Source: Chthoniobacteraceae bacterium
GTDB taxonomy: Bacteria > Verrucomicrobiota > Verrucomicrobiia > Chthoniobacterales > Chthoniobacteraceae
Direction of reading: 5' to 3'
DNA: 64,000 bases
NCBI GenBank assembly: GCA_031409655.1
Contig: JANNXQ010000235.1
Coordinates: forward strand, 26,025 to 90,024
Below are positions 62,857 through 64,000 of the stretch, piece after piece. The position numbers and the translations under genes were made by a program. The notes under the pieces were generated by a model. It saw nothing but the letters and a program-made list of their open reading frames with translations. It made no database searches and was not told the origin of the DNA. The first letter of the stretch is position 1. Each line of letters starts with the position of its first letter.

Positions 62857-62952
62857 AAACGCCAAACGCCAAACGCCAAACGCCAAACTTCAAAGGACGC
62901 TCGCCGCGAGGTCGTTTGGCGTTTGAAGTTTGGCGTTTGAAGTTTGGCGTTA
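62857..62952. repeat. Inverted heptamer repeat hairpin ((AAACGCC)n ... (GGCGTTT)n)
   Basis: aaacgcc x4 plus aaacttc at 62857-62891, and complementary gtttggc/gtttgaa units from 62914 to about 62950. Confidence 0.85.
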
Positions 62953-62953
62953 T

Positions 62954-63550
62954 TCACCGCGTGCTCTCCCATTTCGTCTGCTGCACTTTGAGCGCCGGAT
63001 GCGAGACGAGGAGATGCCAAACCACGGCCTGAAAGGCTTCCGAGTGCGGCGTGACATTCGCCGGATTGACCGTCGGCACGATCACGCAAGCATCCGCGAC
63101 TTGCGCCGTGAAGCCGCCGTCGCGTCCGACGATGCCGATGATGGTGGCACCGACTTCCTTCGCAAACTGCAGCGCTGAGACGAGGTTCGGGCTCACATTC
63201 TTTTCGAGGCTTCCACCGCCAACGGAAAAGACGAGCACCCCATCCTCGCGCTTCAGCCGGCTTCCGCGCAGCCATTCGATGAAGACCGACGCCCAGCCCT
63301 CGTCGTTCGTCCGTGCGGTGAGTTCCGAGACGTTGTCCGTCGGCGCGTAGCATTCGAGCCCTGCGATCTTGCGGAAGTCATTGACCGCGTGGGAGGCATT
63401 GGCCGCGCTGCCGCCGACGCCGAGGATAAAGAGTCGTCCACCCCGCGAGCGCACCTCCACGAGCGCTGTGACCATTTTCTCGATGACCGCAGGGTCGAGC
63501 TTTTCGATGATCTGAATACTTTCGCGGAGATGTTGCTGGGCGTAGTTCAC
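62954..63550 (-). CDS. GmhA-like SIS-domain phosphosugar isomerase
   Basis: GVGGSAANASHAVND, TARTND.GW, FSVGGGS, PHSEAFQ...H; GTG start at 63550. Confidence 0.85.
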   Translation of the reverse strand: MNYAQQHLRESIQIIEKLDPAVIEKMVTALVEVRSRGGRLFILGVGGSAANASHAVNDFRKIAGLECYAPTDNVSELTARTNDEGWASVFIEWLRGSRLKREDGVLVFSVGGGSLEKNVSPNLVSALQFAKEVGATIIGIVGRDGGFTAQVADACVIVPTVNPANVTPHSEAFQAVVWHLLVSHPALKVQQTKWESTR

Positions 63551-63945
63551 GGGAAAGAGGATTGCACGGGAGGGTTTGCGAATGTCGCGACGAATGCAAG
63601 GGGGCAATCGGTGAGGGCGTCTTCGAGGGGCGCAAAACCCCGGAGGAGTTTTGGCCGCACTGCCGTGGTTGGCGAGGATCCGGCGCGGACGATCCCAAAT
63701 CGCACCACCTTTGCCTCAAGGCGCAGGCGGCTCGCATGAGTCTCACGGCTCATCCCTATGTCTACTGCTCCCTCGCGATTGAGCAATCTCCGTGCGCACC
63801 TGCGGTAGTTTTTTCCGCACCGAGCCCGGTTTGACACTTGGACAAAGTTCCCGTAAAAGCTCCGCCCCGCTCCGGTCCCCGGACGCATCCAAAACATCGA
63901 GATCCCCTCGGGCTTCGGAGTTGCTGGAGCGTCCCCATACCTTCT

Positions 63946-64000
63946 ATGAAAAATGTTCTCGTGACTGGCGGCGCTGGCTACAAAGGCTGCGTCCTCGTAC
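63946..64000 (+). CDS. NAD-dependent epimerase/dehydratase, 5' fragment at the window edge
   Basis: MKNVLVTGGAGYKGCVLV Rossmann motif; not in the ORF track because it is truncated. Confidence 0.75.
   Translation, partial: MKNVLVTGGAGYKGCVLV

Noticed and set aside
63831..63859. Sigma70 promoter TTGACA-N17-TAAAAG for the epimerase gene
   Set aside because: Perfect -35 and spacing, but the -10 lacks the conserved final T; plausible yet unsupported without TSS data.

Overview
GC-rich bacterial chromosomal window, most likely Verrucomicrobiota (Chthoniobacterales-like). This is inferred from PVC-type heme proteins, DUF1501/DUF1800, PEP-CTERM and LEPRxLL-type proteins, and the style of the intergenic repeats. 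Left to right it holds: a DUF1800-DUF1501-GspG-like trio; a P450; a sigma54-driven amt-glnK-amt operon; housekeeping genes (xerC-type recombinase, mnmE, pyrD, mqnC, dinB, hpnJ); several secreted/surface proteins, including a 4.3-kb PEP-CTERM adhesin gene broken by three frameshifts; a 20-kb respiratory gene cluster (36323-56694); and a surface-glycan sugar cluster (SIS isomerase, GmhB-like phosphatase, transaldolase, GT-C, gmd). The best candidate for an undescribed system is the respiratory cluster. A perfect Rex-type operator precedes Alternative Complex III (actABCDEF). Next comes an intact CcoN-like gene that has lost 5 of 6 metal-ligand histidines, with an intact CcoO and duplicated c-type cytochromes. 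Last is an A1-type aa3 oxidase whose K-channel lysine is replaced by Leu. The second highlight is a non-coding array of about nine 41-bp units with a palindromic TTAGAGCTCTAA core (26340-26708). No rRNA, tRNA, transposase or CRISPR-Cas was recognised. All assignments come from motif recognition by eye; no database searches were run.
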